A stretch of 64,000 nucleotides of DNA, from contig OZ076410.1 of NCBI GenBank assembly GCA_964187785.1, positions 67,146,001 through 67,210,000 on the forward strand, written 5' to 3'. The stretch comes from Amphiscolops sp. MND2022. Taxonomy: Eukaryota. The notes beneath the pieces were generated by a model. It was not told the DNA's origin. It saw only the letters and a program-made list of their open reading frames with translations, and searched no databases. Positions 1 to 12,891 of this stretch are shown piece after piece. Position numbers and translations under genes: made by a program. The number at the start of each line of letters is the position of its first letter. Positions within the stretch are counted from its first letter, which is position 1.

Positions 1-2205
1 CGGGTACCATTTTGTCGTTTTCATGTTAGGATTCACAAACAGTTGGTTGATCACTTTTTCTGCGTCATCTGAGTGTTTCGTGATCAGGTTCAAGAATTCC
101 ACTGACTTGGGTGTGATGTTAGCGGCATAGTGTGGGTTCGGGCAGCGGAAATGTGCCAATTAGGTGCTGGCGTCGAGAGTGTAAGCATGATTAATGAGAT
201 TGGTGACCTGGATTGGTATCTTGCCATCGTCAAGGTCAACTAATGTCGGAGACACAAGCAGATACGTCTTCCCCATAAAGAGTGGAGATCCCTCAACTGT
301 TCCGGTTGCGAGTGAGATATCTGCGTCACTTGTATCAACACATGGTGGAGAGGAGGGATGCCCGTATTGGAACTGGAACATTAACTGATGATTAGAATGG
401 TTTTGAATCTATTATTCTTTCGTTGTCGAACTTGCGTGGACTTCATATGTGGTTCAAAAAGTGGACCAGATGGTTTGCGATGTCCAAGTTTACTGAGTAT
501 TTTGAAAAAAATGACATGCCCATCAAAATTGTATCTTTTCCGAACGTACACTTTTCCGGCACCATGAAGTCTTAGTAAAACTTGTTTACGAACTGACACC
601 AGATTTCCATTAGCACTTCATGTTTTGACGTTCTTGGAGGATAGCTTCAGGGTGAGCTGTAGTTTTAGCAATTCTGCTTCAGGAAGGACACATTGAATAG
701 CGCCGGCATCAACTATAGCAGGATTTTGGTAGCTATTGCTTTGAAGAGGAACATATAACTTTTTGTCTTCTTTATCTAATTGTAAAGTGGGACTGAGGAC
801 GTTTTTCAGTTTTGGTAGTATGTTGTTTACTTTTGAGGTTACTACTTGTTTGCTTTACATGTTTTTTTTACTACAAAGACATTTTATAATGTTGACGTTT
901 GTAGGTAAGTTGGAGTCGTCTGGTAGATGGTCGTCATCCATATCTTTGGCATCATTCATTTGATTCTTGGTGTCATTTTTTCAGGTCATTGTTTTTTCAC
1001 CATGTTTGTTGAAGAATCTGCTGCCGTTGGTGGCGAGGCTACTTCTCATCAATTATACATCAGTTTTTTTGTCTTCGCTGATATACTTCATCAGCTTTTG
1101 CTCGTTTGTTCGCTGAATGCTGTCATGTCTTCATCTGTTCCTCTTCATCGGAGTACAGGTTTTGTTCTGTTTCATCTTGAACTGCGTTTATCTGGTTCAG
1201 GGATGTTGTTGTTTGCGGAGTTCTTGTCGTCGCGTTTCGTTGTGTTCTCATTGTTTGTTTCGTAGGGGATCTTCGAGTATGCTGAATTGCCTTGTTTGGG
1301 TACTCTACGTCTGCAGCCGCGTGCAGAGTGGCCAGTACGTCGGATGGAGCGAGGAACTGTAACTCCTGTCACCATGTCGAACATATCTGCAGCCCACTTT
1401 GAAGGACCTTGATCTAAAGTTCCTTGACTAGAGCTAAATTTTTGCAACATAGCGACCATCATATCCTTCAGTCCGCCAATTTCACTTTGTAGTTCGGTAA
1501 AACTCCCCTTTTGACTTTCTTTTATTTCAGATCTTTGGGAAGTGATATCAGAGTCACTGGCAGCAATATTTGCCTTTATTGTTTCCCGGAGATTCTATGG
1601 TCTTTGTCTAAATTTTGTAGTGGCTAAATTTCTGATAAATGTACGACAAACTCGTGCAATATAAACAATAATTTGAATCCACGATGGTTTTTCCTTCATT
1701 TCTAGCCAAGCAGTCAACAACAACTGAAATGATTACAAGTAGGTGCGTTCTCTTGTCCCTGCAAAACTGATGTCTTTTTTTAGCTCGGTAAATGAAAAGG
1801 AAATGATGTTCAATAATCAAGCACGTTGTTTTCTGCAGACAAGTTAGCTTAACCTTTCCGATGAATTTTTGATGAACTGCAGCTGTGAATATTCCGCTGA
1901 TGAACTTGCTCGTAAGCACATGATGCAATAATTCCGCAGATGGATTTGTGATGAATCTTCCAAATACGACCTCCCCTGATGTAAAATCATGATTAGACCC
2001 TAGTAGGTGTAAAACGGATGAACTGTCGTTCTCCGCACTGTTTCGAGACAATTATTCAGTAAAAGCGATGAAATTGTAATGGATTTGTCACGATAGTTTG
2101 CTTTGAGGCAGGAGCTTGCTATTTTTCTAATTTATTCATCTCTTTTGCATCTGCCGATCCAGTTTGATCGAATAAACTATCCTCATTTTCTACTGTATCG
2201 TGACA
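1..2205 (-). mobile_element. 5' part of a Ty3/Gypsy LTR retrotransposon (5' LTR, PBS, decayed gag-protease); continues off the left window edge
   Basis: Minus-strand LTR 2205->1375 (TGTCACGA...TTCGACA) is followed directly by PBS TGGTGACAGGAG (1374-1363), one mismatch from a tRNA-Leu-type PBS. Gag-like remnants lie at 1172-1600. A protease-like motif AIVDAGAIQCVLPE lies near 680-730, and post-protease sequence ends in KWYP at the window edge. The reading frame is interrupted by stops and frameshifts. Confidence 0.8.
1375..2205 (-). repeat. LTR (831 bp) of the Gypsy family with Gag in the LTR
   Basis: TG...CA termini and an adjacent PBS. The 5' end (TGTCACGA...TCAAACTGGA) and the encoded peptide resemble the LTR at 52532-54426. 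Confidence 0.75.
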
Positions 2206-3524
2206 CAACATTTATTAAATCAGAATAGCACTTGCTATTAGCAGATATAGAAACGAACAACGGGGTAAAGCCTCAAAATTTAATAAATAGTTCTTCAATT
2301 AAACTTGAGGACTAGGGGTTAAGTACAATGCAACGAGGGTTGCTCGCAACCATAGACTTTTTCTTATGGCCCCATTTTGCCCAAAAATAGGTTTATTTGA
2401 AATTAGTGTATACAATAAAAATATAAATATTTAGTAAACTACAATTCCAACATGCTGTTTTGACAGTCAAGAAAAATCAGAAAAAGATGTCGCTCTTGGT
2501 TTGGGAGACCATAACGTTGTTTGGAATTAAGACGTTTGTTCCAGAGTAACGCAACGTGAAAAGCCAGAAGTATAGTAAAATTTCATCAGAGCATCTGTCG
2601 CGCCTATTTCAACCTTTGGAAATGAACAATGCATCTGCCAGCTTACTTTCGCCCGAGCTCACACTTCGAGACATACATTACAGTGCCAAATGTGGGTTAG
2701 CACACTTTTGTGCTATTAAGACACCGAAATCCACTGACGTATTATTAAACATGTATTTGATTGATTTTCGGATTCCGCTGTAGCCTGTTTTGGATTCCTC
2801 TATCATATCTGCACAAAAAGGCGTGCACCGGAATCCATAACTTTTCACTGCCAACAGAATTGAACCAATCACGTCAGTTTTTTTTCAATTTTTAGCGAAA
2901 TTCGCTAAAAATTACAGTGGGTTCCACTTTTCAACTTGTGGAAGTTACTGCAAAACGAGTGGAATTGACTGTGAGGCAAAGTGGAATCCACTACGCGGTA
3001 AGAAAATTTCGAAATCCACTAAAATCATGAAACACTTAAAACATGATAAATTAGTTTTGAACGCTCAAACCCTGTGAAACTCAATTGCGACATTATCAGT
3101 AGTAAACTCACTTCAATTATTATCGGTAGTATTTTATACCTATAAAAATTGATTTGGCACTGGATACTTTTGTGAATTTTCAAAGCTGATTATGTTGAAC
3201 AAAAGTAGCTCACAAATGATCACGTGAAAGAACACGTCAAGGAAACATGAATAAAATTTTAAAGTTTCCTTTTTCGAATATTTCATGTTGAAACATGATT
3301 GAAACATGAACAAAATTTAAAATTTCTTCTTTCGAATTTATCTTGTTGGTTCTGTTTAACGTATCTCTCAAACTAACACGTGAATGACCACGTTGTTGGA
3401 AGACTTTTGGCCCTTTTTAGTCGGCACTTTTATTAATTAAAGAACTTGACTATGACAGTCACTCGTTTTTTTCGAAATAGACTCGAAGCAACGAACGTTA
3501 ACGTTCAGTATGTTCAAATAAAGG

Positions 3525-3750
3525 AAACTAAACCCCGGAAACGCATCTAAGTGATTCCAAAAGGTCCTCCTTTAGTTTTTTACCTTTTAAACGTAACCTA
3601 CAAAACCGTATGAGTGTAAAGGGTCCCCCGTTTCGGTTTTTTCGGCACTGTGCGACTTTTTCTTGAAATTTTTTTGTCTCCAAAGGGCCCCCTCTTCGAT
3701 TTTATTTGAACCTTAGATATAGGACCGACTTGAGACTTTCTCATCTTGTT
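3525..3750. repeat. Degraded copy of Helentron-type repeat family B
   Basis: Contains family B internal motifs (gggtccccc, cggcactgtgcgac, ccttagatatag.ccgactt) shared with 17305-17557 and 48812-49210. Confidence 0.5.
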
Positions 3751-4089
3751 CCTTTATCCCCTCACACTTTTCAAAAATAGGGAAAATAGTGTGAAAAATA
3801 GGGAAGTTTGTAGCTCAATTATATGAATTCCACTGCGGCCATCGGCGGCGTCCACTGCAGCGAACTTTGAGCGTTTATTGGAATCCACGGCAGTGTTAAG
3901 TAGAATCCACGGCAAGAGCCGAATGTTTAAGGTATTTGATAGTGGAGTCCAATGCATGCAAAAGAAGAATAAATTTGAAAAGATGTGGAATCCACTGCAA
4001 CATAACATCATTTGTTGATGGGTTACGCTGCACTCTTTCCAAAACTGCCGTCCACCGAAATCCACTGCAAAAATTCAAAATTCCCATTT

Positions 4090-4335
4090 TTGGCACTATA
4101 ATGTACGATCAACCATTTTCAGGAAAAAACATGCTTCGAACTGATCGAACAGCTCAAAGTCCCGATATATGTCCCGGTATATCATGCTGGAGAACCTGTT
4201 GAAAGTAGTGAAGAAAGATGTCAGATTCTCCCCAACGGAAATCAAGAATAGACAAGAGCTATTTGAAAGACTCAAGGAAGATTGGTTGATCAATTTTTGG
4301 AAACTATTCAAGAAAAATATGAATTTCCGCTGAAA
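4090..4335 (+). pseudogene. Tc1/IS630-like transposase C-terminal remnant
   Basis: Frameshifted translation AQSPDICP / MLENLLKVVKKDV..KNRQELFERLKEDW resembles the Tc1 motif P.QSPDLNPIENLW..LK..V.....EL...W. Short and decayed. Confidence 0.4.
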
Positions 4336-6308
4336 AGTCCAGAGGTCATTATCAAAATAAAGGGTGCATGAGCCACTCCTAATTCACTTCACCTCTTTTA
4401 TTTTATCCACATTAGTTTGCTTTAAAAAATGGTGTTTGAGAGTGTGTTTTTTGAACAGTTGGTTACGCTGCTAATTTTCTGACAGGTGACAGGTTGCTTC
4501 GAAAATGTCGTTTTTGTGAATTGAAAAATTTTCAGAACCCCACGTTGTGCCAACAAAACCACAATATGAGTTTGTAGTATCGCATGGCATTGTAAAGGTT
4601 CTTAAAGTATACACTTTAAAGTTAAAGTTAGGTTAAAGTAAAGTTAAAAAGACACCTTACGTTTTGTTTCCGAATTGCTACAGGTTTATAAATGTATGGT
4701 CATCCATCGTCCGAGCATGGCATCGCGGTTTTTCAAAATAAGTTTCGAAAACCTATGAAACGTTTTTTTCCGAGATTTTGAGCTCCATATTATCGAAATG
4801 CTATCGAAATTAAACCACTCGAAACACTCTTAGATAAAAAGCTTATTATATCTTTTTCTCCCAAGGAACCGGAAAATACTGCAGGGTCATTTGTTTTCTT
4901 ATCTTATAACTCCATTTTCTTTTCCAGAAGACTTCAGGAGCCTATGGAAAGGACTGTCTGGTTCCAGTAATTAAAACCAAAATTTGGCAGCTGCAATGAG
5001 AAATAAATTGTCTTCGTGAACCTTGGCTTCAAAAACAGCGCTTCTTGCCGTACATAATTGGAAAATGAATATTTACAAACTCTTTAAATCATTCATGTTG
5101 ATCCAGCTTCGTAAATACATACATAAAATTTAACGCTTCCCTGATTTTAGGTAAACAAATGCAAGTTATTCTCTCAAAGTGTTAATGATATTCAACATGA
5201 ACTATAAAGGAAGAGTTAAAGAAAGTGTCAACAACTTTGATGTTAGAATTTATTCCAATTTTCGAAAAAAACTCGGAAACCGAGAAAAGATAATGGAATT
5301 CCATTCCATGTTTGATACATCATGATAACCTTACCATAAGATCTTTTCAAGTGCAACTGGCTGACAGAAAAATGCATATGGGAGAATTAATAGGATTTTT
5401 TATAAAAGATTCAGTTACCGGTGTGCGATAAAAGGTAACCGGTGTGCGATAGATTATAGTTAATTTGCTTAAAAAACTTGAAATTTTCAGCGGAATGGAT
5501 GCTTGTCTATGTTCATCAAAGTTCAATGGCAACGTTGAAACAAACCGGGAGCAGCCCAAGTCAGTGCCCAACTCAACTTTCAAAAAAGGAAATTTTTCAA
5601 ATATGCAAACGGGCACTTTTGTTAAACTTTCAATCAAATTTAGTGCCAAACAATACCCCCAAGGGATACGCATAAAACACAAAAACCACTTTTTCTCTAG
5701 TTGGAGACAACAAAATCCATATTACTCCATATGATTTTCGTGAATGTTGAATATGTTTGGGATTTGAAATCAAGTATCTTAAGCTTTTTGGTACCCTAGT
5801 GTACTTGAGCTCACTTGGGTTTTTTTAAGCTACAGACACTCAAATTAGTTAATTTTCAAAGTTCACAATCTTTCGTTGAAACCCTAGTCCAACATTTTGG
5901 AACGTTTTCCCTGACGAGTTCATGAATTCCAGGCTATTTATTTTTCAAACGAAATATGGAAAAAAAACTCCACAACCCGGCTATACAGCAAGCTGTAGTA
6001 GCGAATGATTCGTTTGACACATCCTTGAATTGAGAATTTCTCAAATGAGACAGCAGGACAATAGAGAATTTCTAATGTCAACTTCTCTGTACACAAATGA
6101 GTCACTCTTCCGGGATGAGTTGCTGTGACCCCACATACAAAACAAACACCACGTGGAGTTATATCATGCAGAATTCACACGATTTTTTATGGATTTGAGA
6201 GAGGTGTATATGTGGTCCATTTCAATTGCTTATACAAAATTGGCGTGTATTCTCTGTAAAGTCCTCTCCAATAAGACACCTGATGAACTTCTTTCCAATA
6301 TTCAATCG

Positions 6309-6575
6309 TAGAGGGGGGAATAAGATCTAAAGAATAAGATCTAAAATCAAAAAAGGGAATAAGATCTAAAGGGAATAAGATCTAAAGGGAATAAGATCTA
6401 AAATTTCAGGACGTGAATAAGATCTAAAATCAATGCATTTTAGATCTTATTCCCCTTCTCTAAAGAATAACATATGAAGGGAATAACATCTAAAATTTTA
6501 GATGTTATTCCCCTTTTGGAAGTTGAGCATGTCATAATTTTAGATCTTATTCTTTAGATCTTATTCCCCTCTCCC
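6309..6575. mobile_element. Mutator-like MITE (267 bp) with a 9-bp TSD
   Basis: Direct repeat ATTCAATCG at 6300-6308 and 6576-6584. Inverted ends (gaggggggaataagatctaaagaataagatctaaaat / attttagatcttattctttagatcttattcccctc). The interior is an array of gaataagatctaaa units in both orientations. A 9-bp TSD is typical of MULEs. Confidence 0.75.
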
Positions 6576-7319
6576 ATTCAATCGAAACTGTTTCATCTGT
6601 TTTGAAGACTGTTGCTAGCCAATTGGAAGACATTTTTTCAGGCCAGGTGGTCGTTCAAGCGGGTTAGCATTTCCCAGTATAAGAATTTGCTCGGTGTAAC
6701 TGAATGATTTTAGAAAAGCTCGACTGTCAGCTAATTAGAGCCACAAATAAACTCAAGAGCTTGTTCCGTGGCCGGGCATTCCTTCCCAAAACACTACACA
6801 GACAGACGTAGTGAAAAGTTGTTTGAGCTTAGATTTTTCCAGCTGGTAAACTTTCTGCTGAGCTGCGCAAATATTTTCATCTAGCTAAACTTCAATTCTT
6901 TTCTAAGATGAAGAAAGTTTTTCAAACTGCATTTGATAGGGCCGGGCTCTTCATGCGAGGGAACAACGGATGGTAATAAAAAATCGTCCGTTTTTTCATG
7001 ATTATTTTTCAGTTTTTTTTTTTCAAAATGAGACATCAATGGTTTCCAATTTCACGACCGCTGCTGTGTGACGACCATAGAAGTATAACTCGAACAGGGC
7101 AGATGACACAGTTAAAGAGCGAAGTTTTGACAACGGTTGGCTCTGAAACACGGAGACGAAACAATTCGCGTTTGTGGGACGTTATTCATCAAGTGAAAAA
7201 CAAAAATTTTCTATTCAAATGAATGCTACTTAATAAATGGAGTTCTCGAGCTTTGCGCACTTTTATGATTACAAACATTCGAAAAATGGACCAGAGTAGC
7301 CTATAACGGTCGCATTCTT

Positions 7320-7664
7320 TTAAAAACAAGCAGGGAACGACCCAAGTCGGCGCCATACCTAAGACTCAAAAATAGCAAGAGGATTTCAAAGTGCCAAAGT
7401 ATTCTCTTCTACAGTACCCGAAAAACCCAAAAGGCGGACCGAATTGGCGGGGCAATTGGGCCCTTGTCTCGTCCAGTTTTGTATGTTATGCTAAAAAGGA
7501 ACAACTCTTATAGTCCAGTTCCCTGTACCAAAAGGTAATTTGGCGCCTCAAAATTTTGTAGAACTTTTGGTAGAATTATTTTGGTCGCTTCAGGTGTATC
7601 GAAAAAAAAGCACTGACGAAAAGCCATGACTATAGTACTCTTTTCGCAAGCGCCGACTAAAAAT
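7320..7664. mobile_element. Helentron-type non-autonomous repeat, family B
   Basis: aaacaagcagggaacgacccaagtcggcgcc at one end and gcgccgactaaaa at the other, i.e. sub-terminal inverted repeat AGTCGGCGC plus a terminal hairpin region. Confidence 0.65.
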
Positions 7665-7779
7665 CAGATTTGGCTTTGTAATCATATTTCTCGGCTATAC
7701 GAACGGCTACCCTGCTAGTAATGATTACGTTATCTGCAGATGTCAGCTGTAGATTTTCAGCTTTAAATTCTTTTGTTTT

Positions 7780-8046
7780 TGTTATAGGGTTTCTTTATAC
7801 TCAGTAACTTGTATTTCTTTTAGATTACAAAGAGGAGAGCAGAGCAAGAATCTATTCATTTACTAGACCATGTGGTGAAATGGTTCACCGTTTCTTTTGG
7901 TGGTCTATGATTCTGCTGGTACTATTGACAATGTTGATAAATATATAAATAGACAACACAGTTTGATAATTGAACATACTATGATTGACAGTTGTATATA
8001 TGTTTCAATTAAAGTTTCTTTTAGTCTTTTTGTCAACCCTGTCACA
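7780..8046 (-). repeat. 3' LTR of the Gypsy element
   Basis: TG...CA termini, preceded on the minus strand by the PPT; matches 12891-13157. Confidence 0.97.
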
Positions 8047-8138
8047 CTCCTCCTTCTTTGCTTTCTTGGCCATCTCAGTTCGGGTATATGTTAACACAAA
8101 AATTTAGGGTTGTAGTTCGTTAGATGTTGTTTGTAGTT

Positions 8139-11100
8139 TTATCGTAGACTATCTTCGCTTGACGAGATGTTAATGATTTCGGGTTTGTCCATTGTTGTGG
8201 ATTTTTCTACATCGCAGATCATTACGGTGTCTCCGTAATATTGTGGTGCTCTTCTACTTCTTTGGGATCTTCTTTCTCCCGTCGATGTACTCAGTTCGTT
8301 TTCCGTGTCGATGTTTTGTTCTTCATTTGTTTCTGTGGGTTCTATTTTTGTAGTCCCCCAGTTTACCGTGGCTTTTATGGCGTTTGGAGTAGTTTTACGT
8401 TTTTGTATTGTCTCCTCTTCATCTTCCGATTCAAAGAAAATATCTTGCCAATTAGCGAGTCTTTTGAATTCCGTTGGAATTTTCTTACTTTGCTTCTTCT
8501 TTGGCGAAGTTGGGGAGTTGCTTTTCATTGGTCGCGCAGTTTTATTTGGTTCATCAATGTTGGCGTCTTGTGATTGGTTGTTGGTTTGTGCTGTTTGGTA
8601 TAGATTGGCCAGTTTGTGTGAAGTAGCCACTTCACGCTTACTCAATAATGTTGGCAGTGATTTGCCTCTTTCTTTTATTTTGAGCGTGTGTGGTGTTTCG
8701 TTGATGATTCGGCCTTTCTTCTTCTTGTATGTTGCCTCCAGTTTTGAACCTCTGGCACGTTCTCTCACCAGAATTTCTGAGTCCTGGTCCGCCGGGAAAT
8801 CGCTCATCTCCAGTTCGAAGTTGCTGTCTTTGTCTGAAACATTGTAGTTTGGTTGTGGTTTAGTAGTTATTATATCTTTGACAGTAGTAAATTTTCGATT
8901 TGTATGTAGTTCCGCTGGTGACAATTTATTTCCTTTGGGGGCAGTTCGCAGTGCGTATAGTAGTTCAGATAATCCGGTGTTTTCTTTATCCAGTACTATT
9001 GTTTTATTTGTCCTTAATCGTTCGTTTATAGTGCGGATTAATCTTTCTACTTTGCCATTGCCCCTGTGATCGTAGATTGGGCAGATAATGTGTTCAATGA
9101 AATATTTACGACAAAAATTTTGGAATTTTTCGCTTTTAAATGCTGTTCCCGGGTCTGTACGAATTCGTCGTGGTATTCCATTTTTGCTATATAATTAGTT
9201 AAAAATTCTATTACTTTGGAGGTGGTTGGGGCGCGGAGAAATTTTCCGTCAGGCCAACCTGATTTACTATCTACCGAGACTATGAGATATTTCTTTGAGC
9301 TACGGGCAATTTTGAACGGTCCCGCGAAGTCGATTGCTATTTCTTCATTTATTGTTATTGGAGTTGGGAGTTTACCGAATTGTTTTTGTTTTAAAAGAGG
9401 TTTAATCGACTTACCCGCATTTTGACATTCCAAGCACGATTTTGTAAGAAGTGTGATATCTCGGTGGATACGTGGCCACCATATATCCGAAATTTGACGT
9501 AACATTTGGTCACGGCCAGGGTGTCCCCAATGTAATGATCTTTTGATCGGGGTTTGTAATACTTTTGGGATTATGAGGCGGTCATCTAAGTATAAGAGAT
9601 CATTTTCATCTAGTGAAAGGGAAGTAAAACGTTCACGCCATGGGCTGTCGAGTGCTTTTATTTTGGCTTTTGTGGGATTCTTGACTAGATTGATGATTTT
9701 TTGTAAATTTTCATCATCCTTGTAATTGGCGATTAGTAAGTTTTCACCAATTTTATTAGCAATTGGTAATTTTGACTCAAATTTTTGGGAAATTGAATTA
9801 CCTGCAATCGTATTGATTGAGTTTGTTTGTCCCATTTTGTTGTCGTTGTTGAATTGCAATGTATTGCGTGCTTTGAATGAATCGCGAATGCTTTCACTTT
9901 TACTGCGTTCATCGTCACGTCTCAATTTGATCCAATGGCGGCCTCTGATTGGTCCGTTGAATTCTTCAGCTAAAATGCTATTTACATTATTTACATGATT
10001 CACCGTGAACCAGTTGTTCCACAATTCTGCTTTCACGCTTGTACCTTCTATTGGGGATGGGTGTCTTCACAAGTAATCTGCAATTCCGATCGTTCTGCCT
10101 GGAGCATGGAAGATTTCAAAATCGAAAGGAAGTAGACGATCAACCCATCTTGTGAGTCGGCTTGAATATGTTTTATTACCTTTGTTACTTTTTAAAACGG
10201 TGCCTAGTGCTTTGTGATCGGATACGACTTGGAATTTTATCCCGTATAGATAATTTTTGAAGTGCTCGACTGCCCAGACAACTGCCAATAACTCAAGTTC
10301 ATTAATTGAGTATTTTTTTCTAATGGTGTGAGGAAACGTGAAGCGAAGTGGATTGGTCTCCAACCAATTTCTTCTTGCTGTTGTAGTACAGCACCTAAAC
10401 CTGCTTTACTGGCGTCGCAAATAATTCTTATTTTTCCGCTTTTCTTGAAGTGACCTACTTCTGTAAGTTTCTTGACTTGTTTATTTATTTCTTCGAAGGC
10501 TTTGTCATGACTTTCGGTCCAACACCATACTTTGTCTTGTTTCAACAATGGGCGTAATTTAAAGCATAGTTGTGCCAAATTGGGTATGAATCTGTTTAGT
10601 TGATTCACTGCGCCCAAATATGACCTTAGTTCTTTTAAATTTTTTGGTTTAAGCTTGTCAGTTATCGCTTGAATTTTTGTGTTGATTGGTTTTATTCCTG
10701 TTTGTGTTAGGTGGTACCCTAACCATTCTATTTCGCTTTGTGCGAATTTACATTTCTCCCATTTTAGCCGTATGTTCGCTTTATCTAGCTTTTCTAGTAC
10801 GTGTTTTACCCTTTCGTAATGGTCTGCTTGGCTTCCTTTTGTTACTATTAGTATGTCATCCAAAAAGACATACGTATTTGCACTGTTGGATAATTTTTTA
10901 TCCATAACTTTCTGGAACTCGGTAGGCATCACTGTGAGTCCATAGAATCCAGTGATGAAGCGATATGTTCCCGTTGCTTTGCCGCCTATTATTTGGAAAT
11001 TGCAGTGGCGTGCCGTTTCCTCATCTAATGGTATTTGACCATAAGCATATCGCATATCTAACGAAGTGTACCACGCTTGTCCGCTTTTGTTATTATCTAG

Positions 11101-12891
11101 CTGTTCTGCTACCATGTCTACGAGATGTTCTAAATTCGGCATTTGATTTTTGTCTTTAATTAATTCGTTGTTTAGCGCGCGTGCGTCTAGTGCGATTTTC
11201 ACGCTTTTATCTCGCTTCACTGTTATTACGACCGGTTGAATAAATTGTTTATCTGTTATATCTGTTACTCGTTCAATATGTCCTTACTTTAATAGTCTTT
11301 CAATTTCTTCTTGGACCGCGTCTTGTAATTGGATAGGTACTCGTCTCCCTTTCTGTTGCGTTATTTTGGCTTCTGGTTTGAATTCAATTTTTACAGTATG
11401 ATCACGAATTTGTCCTTGTCTCGTGAACAGGGAAGAAAAATGGTTTTGTAGTTTAATCTTTTCGTTATTGTTATCATTATCGTTCCAAGTTTTTGGTTTA
11501 GTCTGTTCACTTGGTTGTGTTGTTTTATTTGGTTGTTTAATAATTTGTTTGATTGTGTAAATAGCTTTGTTACCTTCGTCTTTTGTTGGAGATACGAATT
11601 TGTAGTTGAATGCATTCAACCAATCACGTCCAATTAGTGACTTCGCGCCTTTGTCTGCAATCAATATTCTGGCTTTGCTTAGTTTGCTATCACCCACTTC
11701 TAGATGACAGAATATGTAGCCCAATAGTTGTAGCTTCCGTTTGTTGAAGTCCACATATTCCTCGTCTGCTGGTAGTTCTCTGATGAATAATGTTTTGCGC
11801 TTCATTATTTGTTTTATTTCGTCAATAGCAAATATTGTCACGGGTGATCCAGAGTCTACCATTGTTTCGAATGGATTTCCGTTTATTTTTCCTTTCATGG
11901 TGAATTGTCCTTTGTTATCACCCTCGATTGTGAGTACTACCTTCCCGTCATCCACTATTGAATCTTCACTGCTTTCACTCCACTCATCAATACGTTGAAT
12001 ATTTTGAGGAGGTTTTGCTACTTTGCGATTTTTCGCAAATGTTCCGGCTCCTCTAGTTTGGCAACATCGGGCAAAATGTCCTTTCTTCCCGCATTTCATG
12101 CAAGTGACGCCCAAAGCTTTACACTCTTTTAAATGTTGTGGTGTGAATACTCCTTCACATCTGAAGCACTTTTTGGTTGGTCCCCATCGTTTATTGGTTT
12201 GGTTAATATTATTCACGTCAGTTACTTCAGTTTTTATGTTTGGCTTGTCTAATGTGCCAAATGATTGTTGTCTCAATGTGCCTTCTTCATACGCAACTGC
12301 AAATTGAATTGTTTCAGCCGCTGTTGGTTTTGGTTCTGTGCACAGTTTTTGTTGAACTTCTTGATTTATCATGTTCACAGTGAAAACATCTTTCACTAAA
12401 CTATCTGTTATTGCGCCAAAGTTGCACTTTGCGGCTAACCCATTTAGTTCGTTCCAGAAGTTCTTCAATGATTCGCCTTCTTTTTGCTTTCTGGATAGAA
12501 AATTGAAACGATCAAGAGTTTCATTTTTCGGTTTCTCGAAGCAGTCTTTGCAGTTCTTTAATAGATCGGGGAGTGATATGGTTGCTATGTTGGTGGTGGG
12601 AAACTTGTCAGCGATTGATTTGCGTCCTGCTGATCCCAGTGCAAGGTAAAGTATACTGATAGCTTTCTTGGTAGCTGGTATTTCGTCGAGATCTCCCATT
12701 AAACTTTTTTCTTTATTTCCCGTTTTGATCAACTCTGCGATTGATATGTTGTTTTTGGCCATTAATGCCACTTCGAATAGATCTCGCCATTTTTCCCATT
12801 CTAGTGTAGGGTTTTTGGAGGCATCTTGCCAATAAGTTGGAAGTCCTGCTATTGCCTGGGTTCCCGTAGAAAGTTCGGCTCGCAGCGCCAT
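8139..12891 (-). pseudogene. Gypsy gag-pol polyprotein with 2 nonsense codons and 2 frameshifts
   Basis: CCHC knuckle (CMKCGKKGHFARCC), protease (MVDSGSPV), RT (LDMRYAYGQ, FLDDILI), RNase H (CDASKAGLG, ELELLAVVW), integrase HHCC (H-WGH...CLEC) and D-D-E (IDFAGPF, TDPG, VERL). Lesions: TAA at 11284-11286, -1 A-run near 10315, TGA at 10067-10069, -1 A-run near 9183. Confidence 0.95.

Noticed and set aside
11284-11286. Programmed stop-codon readthrough between gag-PR and RT
   Set aside because: The stop is inside the RT N-terminal motif (EEIERLLK*GHIE), downstream of protease, and is one base from GAA. A nonsense mutation or error is simpler.
8241-12649. Plus-strand ORFs overlapping Gypsy gag-pol (e.g. 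8305-8847, 180 aa)
   Set aside because: Antisense shadows of a codon-biased pol; no motifs of their own.
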